Shown in pieces: positions 60,601 to 64,000 of a stretch of DNA of 64,000 nt. The notes under the pieces were generated by a model. That model was not told the DNA's origin. It saw nothing but the letters and a program-made list of their open reading frames with translations, and made no database searches. Where the stretch lies: assembly GCA_964016885.1 (NCBI GenBank), contig OZ024740.1, forward strand, positions 427,800,001-427,864,000, read 5' to 3'. The position numbers were made by a program, and so were the translations under genes. Source of the DNA: Eledone cirrhosa. Taxonomy: Eukaryota. Numbering within the stretch: position 1 is the stretch's first letter; the number at the start of each line of letters is the position of its first letter.

Positions 60601-63070
60601 TATAAAACACTACCCTATCTCACTGTACCATAGTTATATAAAACTCTACCCTATCTCAGTGTACCATAGTTATATAAAGCTCTACCCTATCTCAGTGTTG
60701 TATAGTTATATAAAACTCTACCCTATCTCAGTGTACCATAGTTATATAAAACTCTACCCTATCTCAGTGTACCATAGTTATATAAAACTCTGCCCTATCT
60801 CAGTGTACCATAGTTATATAAAACTCTACCCTATCTCAGTGTTGTATAGTTATATAAAACACTACCCTATCTCACTGTACCATAGTTATATAAAGCTCTA
60901 CCCTATCTCAGTGCACCATAGTTATATAAAACTCTACCCTATCTCAGTGTACCATAGTTATATGAAACTCTACCCTATCTCAGTGTTGTATAGTTATATA
61001 AAACTCTACCCTATCTCAGTGTTGTATAGTTATATAAAACTGTACGCTATCACAGTATACCACAGTTATATAAAACTCTACCCTATCTCAGTGTACCATA
61101 GTTATATAAAACTCTACCCTATCTCACTCTACCATCGTTATATAAAACTCTACCCTATCTCAGTGTACCATAGTTATATAAAACTCTACTCTATCTCACT
61201 GTACCATAGTTATATAAAACTCTACCCTATCTCACTGTACCATAGTTATATAAAACTCTACCCTATCTCAGTGTACCATACTTATATAAAACTCTACCCT
61301 ATCTCAGAGTACCATAGTTATATAAAACTCTACCCTATCTCAGTGTTGTATAGTTATATAAAACACTACCCTATCTCACTGTACCATAGTTATATAAATC
61401 TCTACCCTATCTCAGTGTACCATAGTTATATAAAATTCTACCCTATCTCAGTGTTGTATAGTTATATAAAACTGTACGCTATCACAGTATACCATAGTTA
61501 TATAAAACTCTACCCTATCTCAGTGTACCATAGTTATATAAAACTCTACCCTATCTCACTCTACCATAGTTATATAAAACTCTACCCAATCTCAGTGTAC
61601 CATAGTTATATAAAACTCTACCCTATCTCACTGTACCATAGTTATATAAAACTCTACCCTATCTCAGTGTACCATAGTTATATAAAACTCTACCCTATCT
61701 CACTGTACCATAGTTATATAAAACTCTACCCTATCTCAGTGTACCATAGTTATATAAAACTCTAACCTATCTCACTGTACCATAGTTATATAAAACTCTA
61801 CCCTATCTCAGTGTACCATAGTTATATAAAACTCTACCCTATCTCACTGTACCATAGTTATATAAATCTCTACCCTAACTCACTCTACCATAGTTATATA
61901 AAACTCTACCCTATCTCAGTGTACCATAGTTATATAAACCTCTACCCTATCTCAGTGTACCATAGTTATATAAAACTCTACCCTATCTCAGTGTTGTATA
62001 GTTATATAAAACTCTACCCTATCTCAGTGTACCATAGTTATATAAAAGTCTACCCTATCTCAGTGTACCATAGTTATATAAAACTCTACCCTATCTCAGT
62101 GTACCATAGTTGTATAAAACTCTACCCTATCTCACTGTACCATAGTTATATAAAACTCTACCCTATCTCACTGTACCATAGTTATATAAAACTCTACCCT
62201 ATCTCACTGTACCATAGTTATATAAAACTCTACACTATCTCACTGTACCATAGTTATATAAAACTCTACCCTATCTCACTGTACCATAGTTATATAAAAC
62301 TCTACCCTATCTCACTGTACCATAGTTATATAAAACTCTACCCTATCTCACTGTACCATAGTTATATAAAACTCTACCCTATCTCACTGTACCATAGTTA
62401 TATAAAACTCTACCCTATCTCACTGTACCATAGTTATATAAAACTCTACCCTATCTCAGTGTTGTATAGTTATATAAAACTCTACACTATCTCACTGTAC
62501 CATAGTTATATAAAACTCTACCCTATCTCACTGTACCATAGTTATATAAAACTCTACCCTATCTCACTGTACCATAGTTATATAAAACTCTACCCTATCT
62601 CAGTGTTGTATAGTTATATAAAACTCTACCTTATCTCAGTGTTGTATAGTTATATAAAACTCTACCCTATCTCAGTTTTGTATAGTTATATAAAACTGTA
62701 CGCTATCACAGTATACCATAGTTATATAAAACTCTACCCTATCTCAGTGTACCATAGTTATATAAAACTCTACCCTATCTCACTCTACCATAGTTATATA
62801 AAACTCTACCCTATCTCAGTGTACCATAGCTATATAAAACTCTACCCTATCTCAGTGTACCATAGTTATATAAAACTCTACCCTATCTCACTGTACCATA
62901 GTTATATAAAACTCTACCCTATCTCACTGTACCATAGTTATATAAAACTCTACCCTATCTCAGTGTACCATAGTTATATAAAACTCTACCCTATCTCACT
63001 GTACCATAGTTATATAAAACTCTACCCTATCTCAGTTTACCATAGTTATATAAAACTCTACCCTATCTCA
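57661..63070. repeat. More diverged higher-order duplication (offsets 2772 then 3060 bp; 77 and 85 units)
   Basis: CATACTT at ~57749/60521 and CTCTGCCC (G at 58020/60792) are offset by 2772. ACCCAATC (~58524/61584), TAA (58705/61765) and TTGTATAAAA (~59050/62110) are offset by 3060. Confidence 0.88.
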
Positions 63071-64000
63071 CTGTACCATAGTTATATAAAACTCTACCCT
63101 ATCTCACTATACCATAGTCATATAAAACTCTACCCTATCTCAGTGTACCATAGTTATATAAAACTCTACCCTATCTCACTATACCATAGTTATATAAAAC
63201 TCTACCCTATCTCACTCTACCATAGTTATATAAAACTCTACCCTATCTCACTGTACCATAGTTATATAAAACTCTACCCTATCTCACTGTACCATAGTTA
63301 TATAAAACTCTACCCTATCTCACTGTACCATAGTTATATAAAACTCTACCCTATCTCAGTGTTGTATAGTTATATAAAACTCTACACTATCTCACTGTAC
63401 CATAGTTATATAAAACTCTACCCTATCTCACTGTACCATAGTTATATAAAACTCTACCCTATCTCACTGTACCATAGTTATATAAAACTCTACCCTATCT
63501 CAGTGTTGTATAGTTATATAAAACTCTACCTTATCTCAGTTTTGTATAGTTATATAAAACTCTACCCTATCTCAGTGTTGTATAGTTATATAAAACTGTA
63601 CGCTATCACAGTATACCATAGTTATATAAAACTCTACCCTATCTCAGTGTACCATAGTTATATAAAACTCTACCCTATCTCACTCTACCATAGTTATATA
63701 AAACTCTACCCTATCTCAGTGTACCATAGCTATATAAAACTCTACCCTATCTCAGTGTACCATAGTTATATAAAACTCTACCCTATCTCACTGTACCATA
63801 GTTATATAAAACTCTACCCTATCTCACTGTACCATAATTATATAAAACTCTACCCTATCTCAGTGTACCATAGTTATATAAAACTCTACCCTATCTCACT
63901 GTACCATAGTTATATAAAACTCTACCCTATCTCAGTTTACCATAGTTATATAAAACTCTACCCTATCTCAGTGTTGTATAGTTATATAAAAATCTACCCT

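Larger units (their letters stand above)
1..64000. repeat. Tandem satellite/minisatellite array, 36-bp monomer GTACCATAGTTATATAAAACTCTACCCTATCTCAGT, ~1,778 copies, single orientation, extends past both window ends
   Basis: Seen directly: the 60-nt lines recur with a 3-line (180 bp = 5 monomer) period throughout. Monomer starts at 1 and 63901 are exactly 1775 x 36 apart. Only substitutions were seen between copies. Confidence 0.99.
2..64000 (+). other. Repeat-derived open frame (12-aa unit YHSYIKLYPISV), interpreted as non-coding
   Basis: All listed ORFs are in + frame 2, the only one of six frames without a stop in the consensus. It is interrupted by 19 TAA/TAG point variants, has no unique N- or C-terminal domain, and most variant types are non-synonymous. 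Confidence 0.85.

Noticed and set aside
2-61765. The ORF-track entries as real protein-coding genes
   Set aside because: All are one frame of a repeat whose length is divisible by 3. Starts are arbitrary GTG/TTG codons within the repeat, stops are sporadic point variants, and there is no non-repetitive domain.
1-64000. CRISPR array: the 36-bp unit matches type II repeat length, the minus strand has GTTTTA...CTATG and a variant begins GTTGTA
   Set aside because: Units abut directly with no unique spacers, and there is no leader or cas gene in the window. The resemblance is only a few bases.
1-64000. Canonical short telomerase repeat (CCCTAA/TTAGGG)
   Set aside because: The consensus has CCCTAT once per 36 bp. 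CCCTAA occurs only as an isolated variant (e.g. ~1609) and never in tandem.
1-64000. Variants as random sequencing noise, or the array as a pure artefact
   Set aside because: Variants recur in identical ordered contexts kilobases apart, and there are no homopolymer indels. The exact copy number of near-identical blocks could still be misassembled.
1-64000. G-quadruplex, strong hairpin or phased A-tract curvature
   Set aside because: There is only one GGG per 36 bp on the minus strand and only short palindromes (GTAC, TTATATAA). A-runs 36 bp apart (~3.4 turns) are out of helical phase.
1-64000. Diversity-generating or antigenic-variation cassette system
   Set aside because: There is no reverse transcriptase, recombinase or expression locus in the window. 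Variants are not adenine-specific and are explained by block duplication of point mutations.

Overview
The whole 64 kb window is one uninterrupted head-to-tail tandem array of a 36-bp monomer (consensus GTACCATAGTTATATAAAACTCTACCCTATCTCAGT; 12 A, 12 T, 9 C, 3 G; 33% GC), about 1,778 copies, running off both ends. I saw no unique sequence, spacer, inversion, insertion or phase-shifting indel, and no supportable gene, RNA gene, mobile element or CRISPR array. The long ORFs arise because one frame of the 36-mer (YHSYIKLYPISV) lacks a stop, and that frame is broken by 19 point-mutation stops. The information lies in the order of substitution variants. Rare markers show nested multi-kb duplications whose offsets are exact multiples of 36 (e.g. 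121, 73, 128, 88, 96/82, 79, 192, 85 units), one junction mappable inside a chimeric monomer, multi-base variant haplotypes, an internal 15+21 subrepeat, and a more diverged right-hand domain. The best reading is satellite/minisatellite DNA expanding by in-register recombination, probably eukaryotic. A telomeric/subtelomeric role is a testable hypothesis only; organism and function cannot be determined from this window. Comparisons were made by eye, so block boundaries are approximate.
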